A stretch of DNA of 62,906 nt, filler included, from Octopus bimaculoides (lineage: Eukaryota): the NCBI RefSeq assembly GCF_001194135.2. It is 7 parts of 7 records of this genome, joined end to end, with 100 filler letters (N's around TTAATTAATTAA, not from the genome) between each part and the next. Parts side by side here need not be neighbours in the genome. Positions count along the whole stretch, not along the records: positions 1 to 5,719 come from NW_026381424.1; positions 5,820 to 9,728 come from NC_068991.1; positions 9,829 to 24,981 come from NC_068997.1; 4 more parts are not named here. One strand, given 5' to 3'. Below, in pieces: positions 1 to 11,723 of the stretch. A model generated the notes under the pieces. The model was not told the origin of the DNA. It was given only the letters and a program-made list of their open reading frames with translations, and did not search any database. The stretch's first letter is position 1. Each line of letters begins with the position of its first letter. A program made the translations under genes and the position numbers.

Positions 1-29
1 TAATTTTCTCTTATTTTTCCCTCCAACAG

Positions 30-307
30 CTTTCGAATCCCCTTCTCCGCGTTTTGGAATCCATCGCTACCAGTTCTTACTGTATCCAGAGAAAGGAAAA
101 TCTGTCGTGTTAGAAACGAACTTGGCATCAACTCGAATATTTCGTCTTGTTGAATTTGAAGGCTACAACAAGGTACGACACATAATGAGCTTTCAGTATG
201 TTATGTCAGCAGAAAGAGGTATTTCAGCAGCTTCTGATCTGATCAGCCAGAAAAAGAGTTCTTTGTTTATGATAATTTTAACATGTTTTGGCCGGTTACT
301 ATCGTAA
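30..307 (+). CDS. Terminal coding exon of a phosphatidylethanolamine-binding protein (PEBP family, PEBP4-like); upstream exons lie outside the window
   Basis: Polypyrimidine tract plus CAG acceptor (1-29). Open frame from 32 reads FESPSPRFGIHRYQFLLYPEKGKSVVLETNLASTRIFRLVEFEGYNKVRHIMSFQYVMSAERGISAASDLISQKKSSLFMIILTCFGRLLS, stop TAA 305-307. The PxP-x-GxHRYxFxxY motif and the downstream F-x4-F pattern are typical of the PEBP C-terminal half; HRYQFxxYxxxGK resembles PEBP4. Confidence 0.85.
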
Positions 308-937
308 ATAATCTACAGAAGAGTACATATATATATATATATANNNNNNNNNNNNNNNNNNNNNNNNNNNNNNNNNNNNNNNNNNNNNNNNNNNNNNNNN
401 NNNNNNNNNNNNNNNNNNNNNNNNNNNNNNNNNNNNNNNNNNNNNNNNNNNNNNNNNNNNNNNNNNNNNNNNNNNNNNNNNNNNNNNNNNNNNNNNNNNN
501 NNNNNNNNNNNNNNNNNNNNNNNNNNNNNNNNNNNNNNNNNNNNNNNNNNNNNNNNNNNNNNNNNNNNNNNNNNNNNNNNNNNNNNNNNNNNNNNNNNNN
601 NNNNNNNNNNNNNNNNNNNNNNNNNNNNNNNNNNNNNNNNNNNNNNNNNNNNNNNNNNNNNNNNNNNNNNNNNNNNNNNNNNNNNNNNNNNNNNNNNNNN
701 NNNNNNNNNNNNNNNNNNNNNNNNNNNNNNNNNNNNNNNNNNNNNNNNNNNNNNNNNNNNNNNNNNNNNNNNNNNNNNNNNNNNNNNNNNNNNNNNNNNN
801 NNNNNNNNNNNNNNNNNNNNNNNNNNNNNNNNNNNNNNNNNNNNNNNNTTAATATATAATGCTCTAAATCTTAGAGTGTGCTTCTACTTTCGGATTAATA
901 TTTTTAACAAACGATATATATATTTATATATATGAAC

Positions 938-962
938 AATAAAACAAGAAATAAACAATAAA
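938..962 (+). promoter_or_regulatory. Cluster of three AATAAA hexamers, possible polyadenylation signal of the PEBP gene
   Basis: AATAAA at 938, 950 and 957, followed by a GT/T-rich tract, about 630 nt after the stop across an N gap. AT-rich context makes chance occurrence plausible. Confidence 0.25.
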
Positions 963-1174
963 GTGTTATATCTTCTTTTCAATATTCTTATTGTCATTCT
1001 GCGTTTTCTTTTCACGCGAGAAAGTTAAGTGTTCTGTTGTTATATATTCTTATACTGCACTCTCTCTTACTCCTAGTTTCTGTATACAGAGTCCTGCGCT
1101 CTCTTACGTATTTCTCTGCATTTTTTCTTTCATTAATTTTCATTTAGAAATCCTTTTATTCCAGAGATAATTTA

Positions 1175-1999
1175 TTGCATGTGTAAATGCTTGCAAGAAA
1201 AATAATATCCTTAAGATTACAAACCTGAAAAAGTCCAGCACAAGTTATTACACTCGGACAAGTTCAAGACAAGTTATTACATCTGGTAAAGTACAGAACA
1301 AGAAACTTTTTATTTGAAATATTGCAGCTAAGGATAAAATTGGAAATATTTAGATTCAGAAAATATTAGCTTCTATTAAAACTAAAACTTTTATTACAAG
1401 TTATTGATTTTATTTGTTATTACTTGTTACTCCTATTAAAAATAAAACAATAACTCAAAATATTTTTTGTACTAATTAATAATTAGAAATTTGAAAATAA
1501 GTTATAAAGATTAATAATAGTACGTAACTAGTTAGTACAATAAATAGAATACAAAATTAGATATATATATTACGGTAACGTCTACTGTAACAACAAATTC
1601 ACAGTAAAATTTGCTCGAGTTATTGCCTAAGTTGTTGTTAAGTCTTCAAATTTTTAGTCTAAACCAAATGCCTATTTTTTTACATAATGAAATTGCCTAC
1701 CATTTATACGATTCTACTTTACATAAAACTTTAGCTATATTGGTACTCTTGGCTCTCATTTTTTTAAATATTCTAGTGTGTCAATATTTTAACAAAATGA
1801 TGGTATTTTTTTAAATTATAATATTACTGTGTAAATTAAAATCAAATAATTTTTAAAATTCAAATTTTATCCTTAGCTGCAATATTTTAAGTAAATATTT
1901 TCTTGTTCTGTACTTTACCAGATGTAATAACTTGTCCTGTACTTTTCCAGGTTTATAAAGTGAACTTTTTTTTTCTCTTGCTCGCATTTTCCCATGTAA
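1175..1999. repeat. Long inverted repeat (foldback/MITE-like remnant)
   Basis: 1268-1305 is the exact reverse complement of 1899-1936 (38 bp); imperfect homology extends to about 1175-1345 versus 1858-1999. Confidence 0.75.
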
Positions 2000-3336
2000 T
2001 GCCTGTTTTGTTTTCAAGCTATGCTATTATGCTATTTAATAATGTGTCAATTAATAATTCAAGATTTTATATTATTGAACATTGAATTTGATAAACATTC
2101 AAAGATTAACAGCTAGTGATATTACCCATCCACAATAAATTAATGGCAGAGAATTTTACCATCTTGAAGGTTGCACCATGGCTCACCAATCGGTTACAAA
2201 CAACAAGACCCCAAAACCATCAGCTTCCAGGCTCACCTGAAGTAACCTAGATTTTGAGTTGGTAATAATAGCAATGACTACTGCTGATCTAGATCTGTCA
2301 ATAATGATTCAATACAACAGTAATTAGGAAAGCATATACACAAGTGAAAATTACCTGTATTCCCATAATGCAAAAATTGATATATGAAAATCCCTTTAAA
2401 TTAGTTTCGATATTAGATAATAAGTTTAGAATATAATCACTTTACAACAATGCCTTTTCTGGACAGCCTTACTAAATGCCTTCAGGTCTGCCCATAGAGA
2501 CACAGCCAAAAATGATTATATTCTTTCCGCAATAAAATTAGATGTGTATATCTGAAGCATATGATACATTTATGAATTAGCCTGATTAAATAATTAAGTA
2601 AACAGAAAAAGGATAGCAATTAAAAACAAATTAGCAAAAAAAGCAAAAAGCAAGTAAGGCTGAAAGAGAAAATTTTAATAATGAAAGTTAAAATTACTTA
2701 AGTGAAATATCATATTAANNNNNNNNNNNNNNNNNNNNNNNNNNNNNNNNNNNNNNNNNNNNNNNNNNNNNNNNNNNNNNNNNNNNNNNNNNNNNNNNNN
2801 NNNNNNNNNNNNNNNNNNNNNNNNNNNNNNNNNNNNNNNNNNNNNNNNNNNNNNNNNNNNNNNNNNNNNNNNNNNNNNNNNNNNNNNNNNNNNNNNNNNN
2901 NNNNNNNNNNNNNNNNNNNNNNNNNNNNNNNNNNNNNNNNNNNNNNNNNNNNNNNNNNNNNNNNNNNNNNNNNNNNNNNNNNNNNNNNNNNNNNNNNNNN
3001 NNNNNNNNNNNNNNNNNNNNNNNNNNNNNNNNNNNNNNNNNNNNNNNNNNNNNNNNNNNNNNNNNNNNNNNNNNNNNNNNNNNNNNNNNNNNNNNNNNNN
3101 NNNNNNNNNNNNNNNNNNNNNNNNNNNNNNNNNNNNNNNNNNNNNNNNNNNNNNNNNNNNNNNNNNNNNNNNNNNNNNNNNNNNNNNNNNNNNNNNNNNN
3201 NNNNNNNNNNNNNNNNNNNNNNNNNNNNNNNNNNNNNNNNNNNNNNNNNNNNNNNNNNNNNNNNNNNNNNNNNNNNNNNNNNNNNNNNNNNNNNNNNNNN
3301 NNNNNNNNNNNNNNNNNNNNNNNNNNNNNNNNNNNC

Positions 3337-3830
3337 GTGCTGTCACTGACCTTTTGCCAACTACAAATAGCCTTAATATAACGAGTAAATAAAACTTTGT
3401 ACACTGAACGACATTTTGACAGGATACCTCAAGGCACTGAGAGAAGGTCAATTCAAGTGAAGATATGACAAGGCCTTTGCAGAAATTGACAAGTCGACTG
3501 ATCTGCAAAGAATGAAGGCTAATCAACATCACCCCCAAAGGAGAGCAGATTTCTATATTTCCCACCAGGTAAAGAAAGCTTAGTCAACAAGGGCTTTGTC
3601 AAAGGTATGCAATGCGGCCTCATTTCCGCTGAGGTCGGTAACCGCAGATTTTCAGCTAAGGCTGTCGACTATATTCTGCAGAAGATAGGTCTGAAATACA
3701 GGCAACAAAAGAAAGCTATCAAGAAGATAACCACAGCACCTAAAACTAGCTGAAGGTGACTATCTTCAGTAGGTGAAAACTAGTTCGGTCCTCGATCACG
3801 CATTCAGGCGGAGCGTAAAGGCTGAGGGAC
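3337..3830 (+). mobile_element. HERO-type RLE non-LTR retrotransposon, decayed 3' fragment
   Basis: Frameshifted translation RAVTDLLPT..., TLNDILTGYLKALREGQFK*RYDKAFAEI, then SAEVGNRRFSAKAVDYILQKIGL...KKAIKKIT, matching the HERO zinc-knuckle/RLE C-terminus pattern (TLEHILxGCxKALxxGRxxWRHD; EVGCRGF). Confidence 0.7.
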
Positions 3831-3877
3831 GAAATGCTTGTGATTCTGTGTGTATGTTTGCATGCATGTATACACAT

Positions 3878-3943
<66 letters not shown>

Positions 3944-4869
3944 AGGAGCGAGAGAGAGTGAAAGAGATGTGTGTGTTTGCGTGTGCGTGTATTATATATA
4001 TGTATTTGTCTATATGTATATACGTATGTAAGAACTTATATATGTAAAGATGCACAGGCACACACTTCCACGTGAGCAAATTCAAAACTTTGATACGTCA
4101 TAATCAAGCGTAAATACAACCGCGCGCACACTTATATACATGCTCACTTGTAAAAGCACACGTATAAGACACGGGTGTGTTTGAAACAAGGAGAGAAAGA
4201 TCACGTCAAACGGAAGTTTAGTGTTGACAATTTTGAAGATAAATCAAAGTATATTTATTAAAATAAATGCGGAAATATTTGCATCTAAACTGCAAATAAT
4301 CTTATCCTCAATATCACCAAAGACGACATATTCAGTGTTGTAGCTCCATTGACATAAATAATGTACTTCTGGAATGTTCTCCGAGGGACGATCCTACNNN
4401 NNNNNNNNNNNNNNNNNNNNNNNNNNNNNNNNNNNNNNNNNNNNNNNNNNNNNNNNNNNNNNNNNNNNNNNNNNNNNNNNNNNNNNNNNNNNNNNNNNNN
4501 NNNNNNNNNNNNNNNNNNNNNNNNNNNNNNNNNNNNNNNNNNNNNNNNNNNNNNNNNNNNNNNNNNNNNNNNNNNNNNNNNNNNNNNNNNNNNNNNNNNN
4601 NNNNNNNNNNNNNNNNNNNNNNNNNNNNNNNNNNNNNNNNNNNNNNNNNNNNNNNNNNNNNNNNNNNNNNNNNNNNNNNNNNNNNNNNNNNNNNNNNNNN
4701 NNNNNNNNNNNNNNNNNNNNNNNNNNNNNNNNNNNNNNNNNNNNNNNNNNNNNNNNNNNNNNNNNNNNNNNNNNNNNNNNNNNNNNNNNNNNNNNTAACA
4801 ATTCTGCTAGTTCGACGCCCAAATATTTTCTAAATTAAGTACAATGCCAGCAATATTAAGATGAGTTGA

Positions 4870-5025
4870 GATAAGCAGGTGCCACAAATTCCACTACTTG
4901 ACTGGTGCTTTCATTCATTTCTATACCCAAGGGGAGGAAAAGCAAATTTAACCCTGGCGGGGTTTCTACTCAAAATCTGAAGAGCCGGAAAATTTTGCAC
5001 GAAACATTTTTTTACCAACGCTCTA
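4870..5025 (-). mobile_element. Degenerate tRNA-derived SINE (family B)
   Basis: Reverse strand resembles the family B body (GAGT..AAA.CCCGCCAGGGTTAAATTTGCTTTTCCTCC...AAGCACCAGT) seen intact at 32075-32260. Confidence 0.45.
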
Positions 5026-5039
5026 AAAATTCTGTCAAT

Positions 5040-5719
5040 CTGTAATAATTTCTGTCATTAGTGACAAGGGCCCAAAATGTTGGTGACAGTGAAAATACGA
5101 CTGTCAAAAACAGTAGCCGATTTATTTCGGGTAAAAAGAGGAGAAATCTACGAAAATGACAAGTGCAAAATGTCAACACGAAGAGGTAGCGAGTAGGAAG
5201 TAGTTCCTCTTGATTATTTCGGTGAACCTTCCTCGAAACTCTGGGTGACACTGACGTATCAAAGGTTAAGTGCACTTTCCTAGTTTGTTGCCTTTTGTTT
5301 CGAGTCACCGAGTCAAAATAGGTTCATTTAGCCTCATCAGACTCGTTTATTCATATTTTATAAACACAATGGAGGACAATGATTTCCTTCTCCCTTCAAC
5401 TGTGTACATTAAGAATTTGCTGTGGGCATTGTTCGAGAACATTCTTAAACAAATCCTTTTAACCGAGTCCAACACAACTTTCTTTACCATAGCCACTGAG
5501 TAGACTTAGGTTAGTCGCCTTTTCTTTTTAATAGAGAGCAGTGGGCCGATCTTACCTATAGACTGAGATGACGGCCGAATCTCTTTTACATGTGATGGCA
5601 TACATTCGATAGAAACTCACAAATCAGGAAAACACGAATACAGAATGAATAGGTACTTGATGTTTCTAGGACACGCCCCACTATTCAGACTTCAGTATCG
5701 TTAGAGCTTTTCCGGAGCA
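5040..5719 (-). mobile_element. Possible heavily decayed LTR-retrotransposon (BEL/Pao-like) integrase region
   Basis: Stop-riddled minus frames contain TQWLW*RKLCWTRL and SVKRICLRMFSNNAHSKFLMYTV...NEPILT, reminiscent of the APWWGGFWERxVRSVKRCL...EPLTP integrase block. Confidence 0.3.
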
Positions 5720-5819
5720 NNNNNNNNNNNNNNNNNNNNNNNNNNNNNNNNNNNNNNNNNNNNTTAATTAATTAANNNNNNNNNNNNNNNNNNNNNNNNN
5801 NNNNNNNNNNNNNNNNNNN

Positions 5820-6090
5820 GACACCCAGGTTTGCCCCGAGAGTGTCGTCAGACCTCCCCTCCACTAGTCCTCTATAGAACGCATTGGTCGTTTGGAAGTT
5901 GCACAAGTTTGATCCCGGACGGCAGAGCTGTTGTAGAGCTTGGTGACACTCGCGGTGCCAATCGCCCAGTTTCGGTCTCTTCCTGATCCATGTTTGCAGT
6001 TCGGTAAGTGAGACGAGCTGCGGGAAGGCGTGCCTCACAAACGGCGCCCACACCTGTTTACCGTCGTCAATGAAGTTCCAGAGATGCCGC

Positions 6091-6091
<1 letters not shown>
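5820..6091 (-). mobile_element. Tx1/L1-clade LINE ORF2 fragment (post-RT region)
   Basis: RHLWNFIDDGKQVWAPFVRHAFPQLVSLTELQTWIRKRPKLGDWHRECHQAL; higher GC than flanks, like the 7.9-9.6 kb pieces. Confidence 0.6.
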
Positions 6092-6122
<31 letters not shown>

Positions 6123-6263
6123 GTAGGTAGGTATAGCGGCATAACTACAGATGTGTACCCCCTTCCGAGTTGTCGATCGGTATGATGGGGGACAAATACA
6201 GACACACACNNNNNNNNNNNNNNNNNNNNNNNNNNNNNNNNNNNNNATATATATATATATATA

Positions 6264-6420
6264 TACGACAGATTTTTTTCAGTTTCCGTCTACCAAGTCC
6301 AGTCACAAGGGTTTGGTCGGCCCGAGGCTATTGTAGAAGACACCTGTCCAAGGTGCCACGCAGTAGAACTGAACCCGGAACCATGTGGTTGGGAAGCAAG
6401 CTTCTTACCACACAGCCATG
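6264..6420 (-). mobile_element. tRNA-derived SINE family A, 5' half
   Basis: Reverse complement of TGGCTGTGTGGTAAGAAGCTTGC...GGTTCAGT...GGATTTGGTAGACGGAAACTGAAA with A/B-box-like head. Confidence 0.85.
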
Positions 6421-6875
6421 TATGTATGTATGCATGTATGTATGTACGTATGCTTTCTGTTATATGGAAGCAAGGTAGTAATTTTGTGATCAGGTAGGCT
6501 TTGTTTCAACGTGTTACTTACGCTATTATATAAACCCATAACATTTATCCTATACATTTATAGCATGTAGACAGCATCTACAATAATGTAGTGTAAACAA
6601 GATAGTAAAGAAAATATATAGATGTATAAAGTCCTGTCAGTTGTATTTAGAGCTTACCGCAACCGCATTATATGTGCATGAGAAATTCAACCACTCAAAT
6701 CAATGCTAGATATATATATATATTGTTAAGCCAAAAGTTCGACACAATGCCTTAAATACGCTCTAATACAACGGCGCTGCACTATGCTATCGTATATGCA
6801 TTTTATATATAAACGTGCCTGTATGAATGCATGTGTATATGTATATATATAAACTACCTGTTTACCTATCTATTA

Positions 6876-6879
<4 letters not shown>

Positions 6880-6973
<94 letters not shown>

Positions 6974-6999
6974 AATATGTATATATAGATAGATAGATT

Positions 7000-7090
<91 letters not shown>

Positions 7091-7155
7091 TGATAGATAG
7101 ATAGATTGATAGATAGATAGATAGATAGATAGATAGTTAGATAGATAGATAGACA
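6880..7155. repeat. Compound (CT)n and (GATA)n microsatellite
   Basis: Direct reading of the sequence. Confidence 0.95.
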
Positions 7156-7282
7156 GACACTTGGCTAGATTAATATGCAAACTTAATTATTGTGTAGTAT
7201 TATGAAAAGAAACATATCTACAAAAAAAAGAAGGCAATATATTAATTTATTCATATTCACGTCATCGCTGCATTATAAAATC

Positions 7283-7337
<55 letters not shown>

Positions 7338-7507
7338 NNNNNNNNNNNNNNNNNNNNNNNNNNNNNNNNNNNNNNNNNNNNNNNNNNNNNNNNNNNNNNN
7401 NNNNNNNNNNNNNNNNNNNNNNNNNNNNNNNNNNNNNNNNNNNNNNNNNNNNNNNNNNNNNNNNNNNNNNNNNNNNACATTTACACTCATGTATTTATGT
7501 ACGTATA

Positions 7508-7672
7508 GGCGCAGACGTAGCTGTGTGGTAAGTAGCTTGCGTACCAACCACATGGTTCCGGGTTCAGTCCCACTGCGTGACATCTTGGACAAATGTCTTC
7601 TACTATATCCACGGGCCGACCAAAACTTGTGAGTGGATTTGGTAGACGGAAAATGAAAGAAGCCCGTCGTAT
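7508..7672 (+). mobile_element. tRNA-derived SINE family A, 5' half followed by (TATG)n
   Basis: GGCGCAGACGTAGCTGTGTGGTAAGTAGCTTGC...GGTAGACGGAAAATGAAAGAAGCCCGTCG. Confidence 0.9.
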
Positions 7673-7795
7673 GTATGTATGTGTGTGTATGTATGTATGT
7701 ATGTATGTATGTATGTATGTATTTGTGTGCATGTGTGTATGTGAAACCGACGGAATAAATACTAGGCTTACAAAGAATGTATTTATGTATGTATA

Positions 7796-7865
7796 GGCGC
7801 AGGCGTGGCTGTGTGGTAAGAAGCTTGTTTCCCATCCACATGGATCTGAGTTCAGTCCCCAGCGT
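7796..7865 (+). mobile_element. Truncated SINE family A head fused to Tx1 sequence
   Basis: GGCGCAGGCGTGGCTGTGTGGTAAGAAGC...GAGTTCAGTCCC, then an abrupt switch to LINE sequence. Confidence 0.8.
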
Positions 7866-9170
7866 AAATAGTCTGGCATGCTACAATAAAATTCATAGGG
7901 CAGACCATCCAGCCCCGGTGATTTGTCCCCAGTGTACTCAGCCAGCATCTAATTGACCTCCGTAGCTGTAATCGGTCCTCACAGCATTTCGCTTCCCGTG
8001 CTGAGAGTCGCGGCCCACCGAACAACTGGGCGAAATGCTGGTGGCTTTTGCATCTCCTCCTGTCCTTCCATCGAACGCCCCTGTTCGTATGTTAAAAACT
8101 TAATAGAGGCTTCTCTACCTCTGACTCTCCACACGACGTACCCATCCGGCAACGTTAATACACTCTCTCCCCACCGCACAAAGTTTGGCTCTAACTCTAC
8201 ACCCATCGTGCTTGGCTTTGAGATGTCGGTACAAAACCGCTTTCGCCGCCACTCTGGATGCAGAGCCAGACAACATGGCCTCATCTAATTCCGTAGTTAA
8301 AGCCTCTTCTATTCTAGTCTTATCTAGACTTAACTGTTTGCTAAATCTAATAGACTCAGAACGAATGACTCGTTTGAGGGCACACCACCACCTATTATTA
8401 ATAATGGTGCCGGTTAATGCCCTCTGCACTAACTCCTTAACCCGGGCACGGAAGGTTCTACAAGGCAAAATAGACTTGTTCATCGTCCAGTACCCTGGTC
8501 CCTGCCTATAACACTTAACTAGGTACGCCCTACACGTCACAAACTTGTGATCCGTGTAGGAGACACAACAAAAGCGTAGACAACTAAACGTATTGCTATC
8601 TCTATCCTATCTATATAAGATCTGAGTGAACCGTCGTTATTAGTCCACGTCCACTGTAAAACAAACGGTTCACCCAGTCTATAACAGTCTATTAGATTAT
8701 AGTAGATTATAGTTTGTTCGTAGCCTTTTGAGGCCAGGTCTTCCCCTACTATCGGTTGAGCCAACACTATCCACCCGTGCCTCGAGAATAGTGTTAAAAT
8801 CTCCTAGTACAACTAGAGTTTTTGACGTCATTTACAAGTTCTCTAGATCCCGGTAAAAGCCAGCCTGTCTACATTGTTTTGGTGCGTTCACAGCCACCAA
8901 CCTGAAGGACTGTTTACTTACATGTGTTACATCCAAAACGATCAGCCAACATTCTGGGTCCAGAAAGACTGCACTTACTTGCAGGAGAAATAAATTTATC
9001 GCAGCCATTTCGAAGGGGTAGGAATGCTTGTGGCCCACTCAGATTCAGTTACAATACATGCATCTCAGCCTTAAGCCACGTGCATTAATTTCCATAATGA
9101 AATGGTACTTACATATTTAGTTTGGGAAGAGGCTGCACGAATTTAGCTTCCCCCCCCCCCATTCTTTTTT
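7866..9170 (-). mobile_element. Tx1/L1-clade LINE ORF2: apurinic endonuclease through start of RT, decayed
   Basis: Minus frames give EINARGL, FRLVAVNAP, VLGDFN, WTWTNNDGSLRSYIDRI, then RVRAK...VGRE and GDKSPGLDGLPYEFY. Confidence 0.85.
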
Positions 9171-9204
9171 TTNNNNNNNNNNNNNNNNNNNNNNNNNNNN
9201 NNNN

Positions 9205-9570
9205 CTTTTTTTTTCTGTGGTGTAGCCGCAAGACTAACCATAAAACTTTGGCCTCCGGTCAGACGGTAAATGATAACAAATGCAATATACACCTGCACCA
9301 CCGCCCTCGCTTTAAGGGATAGCGCCCTTTCAGACCAGGTATGGATTAGGGCGGCCACCCTGTCTGCCAACTCACTCCAATTCTTCTCTGTCTAGAATTC
9401 CGGTTCAAACCAGAGTCCAAGCAACTTAACAGGACCTTCCCTCCAGTGTCATGTGACACTGGTGGACGGTATCGTCTTGCTGCTTCGGGTGCCGAGCCAC
9501 AAGCCTTGATGTCCTCTTCGGGTGAGAAAATCGCAGTACAGTTCGTTCGCACGAACCAGTGATTTTGAAG
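9205..9570 (-). mobile_element. Tx1/L1-clade LINE fragment, late RT region, positioned upstream of the endonuclease
   Basis: WREGPVKLLGLWF...EKNWSELADRVAALIHTWSERALSLKARAVVQVYIAFVIIYRLT. Confidence 0.75.
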
Positions 9571-9669
9571 TGGCCACGAATATTGCTAGTTTGTACAACT
9601 ACTGCGTTAATCTCTGAGAGAGATTTTAGTTCTATCGTCTTTGCTTTTATATATATATACACACATATA

Positions 9670-9728
<59 letters not shown>

Positions 9729-9829
9729 NNNNNNNNNNNNNNNNNNNNNNNNNNNNNNNNNNNNNNNNNNNNTTAATTAATTAANNNNNNNNNNNNNNNN
9801 NNNNNNNNNNNNNNNNNNNNNNNNNNNNC

Positions 9830-10372
9830 CAGTACCACCTCTGCCATTATGAACATCACAGCCATTACAAAGCAACACCACCACCGTTTTCACGACACCA
9901 CCAACATCATCACTATACTACTGTCACCACCGCCACAACAACCACCACCATCATCACTACACCGTTATCACATCTACTCCTACCACCACCACCACCACCA
10001 CTAACACCACGAACACTACCGCCAAGACCGAACCGGCTCTACCGATTTATTCCCCCACCACCACCACCACCGCTATTATACATCAACACCCACACCACCA
10101 CTACTACCACCACCACTACCATCACCACCACTACCACCACCACTACCAACACCACCACAACCACCAAGACCGCCGCCACCACCTCGTCTGCCACGAACCT
10201 GCTCTACCGATCCATTCCCCCTACCACCACCACCACTACTATCACTGCCGCTTTTATCCACCAACACCACCACACACACCACTAGCAACAGCCACTACAA
10301 TAACAGCAACAACAACAAAACCACCACCACCATCACCACCCTAACCACTAACAACAACAAGATAATTATTAT
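9830..10372. repeat. Degenerate (ACC/CAC/CAA)n low-complexity tract
   Basis: Trinucleotide runs with a short internal duplication (GCTCTACCGAT..ATTCCCCC twice). Confidence 0.9.
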
Positions 10373-10666
10373 GTACAGTATGATAGAGGACATGGCGCTC
10401 TCCTTAAATATTAAATTGGATAAATGAAAATTGCAAATGTTTATATTTTATACTTGTTATTTATATATTCATTTATTGTTTAGTTATTTATTATTATCAT
10501 TATTTTTATCATTACTATTATTACTAATATTATTATTATTATTGTTGTTTGCATTTATTTGTTGTGTTTTATTACGTTTATTGTTTGTATTTATTATGTT
10601 TATTTATTGCTCTTCTATTTTCAATTTGATCCCAACTAAGATAAGTGAAATAAATCAACACTTCGC

Positions 10667-10753
<87 letters not shown>

Positions 10754-11686
10754 TTACACACACATTTCTAAATACATACTTCTATACACATACATCTACT
10801 TCCACAGACACGCACAATTACGAAGATAGACAAATTTACATTTATATATATACACACATATATATATACACATATGTATATATATACATACATATATATA
10901 ATATATACGTGTATATNNNNNNNNNNNNNNNNNNNNNNNNNNNNNNNNNNNNNNNNNNNNNNNNNNNNNNNNNNNNNNNNNNNNNNNNNNNNNNNNNNNN
11001 NNNNNNNNNNNNNNNNNNNNNNNNNNNNNNNNNNNNNNNNNNNNNNNNNNNNNNNNNNNNNNNNNNNNNNNNNNNNNNNNNNNNNNNNNNNNNNNNNNNN
11101 NNNNNNNNNNNNNNNNNNNNNNNNNNNNNNNNNNNNNNNNNNNNNNNNNNNNNNNNNNNNNNNNNNNNNNNNNNNNNNNNNNNNNNNNNNNNNNNNNNNN
11201 NNNNNNNNNNNNNNNNNNNNNNNNNNNNNNNNNNNNNNNNNNNNNNNNNNNNNNNNNNNNNNNNNNNNNNNNNNNNNNNNNNNNNNNTATATATATATAC
11301 ATATATATATATAAATAAATATATATATATGTATGTAAGTACATCTATCTAGCTATTTATCTCTATATATGTGTGTGTGTGTATACACATAAATATATAT
11401 ATACATATATATATATATACCTATACATACATATATGTATGTATATCTATATACGTTTCTATATACACAGGCGCTGGTATCTACAGCGTGTATATTCACA
11501 CGAACATAAAGCAGGATAATAATAATTACGTGTTTGTACGTGTATGTATCTATATATATGTTAAGTATGTATGCATATGTACATCTGTATGTGTGCATAT
11601 ATATATATATGATTATTATCTATATCTGTATGCATATGTACGTATGTATATGTTTATGTATATACATATAAATAGGTATGCATATG

Positions 11687-11723
<37 letters not shown>

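Noticed and set aside
173-178. GTACGA as an obligatory splice donor ending the PEBP exon
   Set aside because: The frame continues with residues matching the last PEBP strand, and no downstream LGxPVA-type exon was found in the sequenced part. It is kept only as a possible alternative donor, since such an exon could hide in a gap.
5300-5345. CTGATGA...GAAA on the minus strand (also lone CTGATGA at about 27506, 38160, 49268 and 52897)
   Set aside because: No stem III/NUH or stem I pairing; several lie inside retroelement coding remnants.
5764-5775. TTAATTAATTAA islands inside N runs (also 9773, 25026, 47075, 51055 and 60596)
   Set aside because: An identical 12-mer with stops in all six frames, always flanked by about 50 Ns: an artificial scaffolding spacer, not biology. 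Contig order across these points is uncertain.
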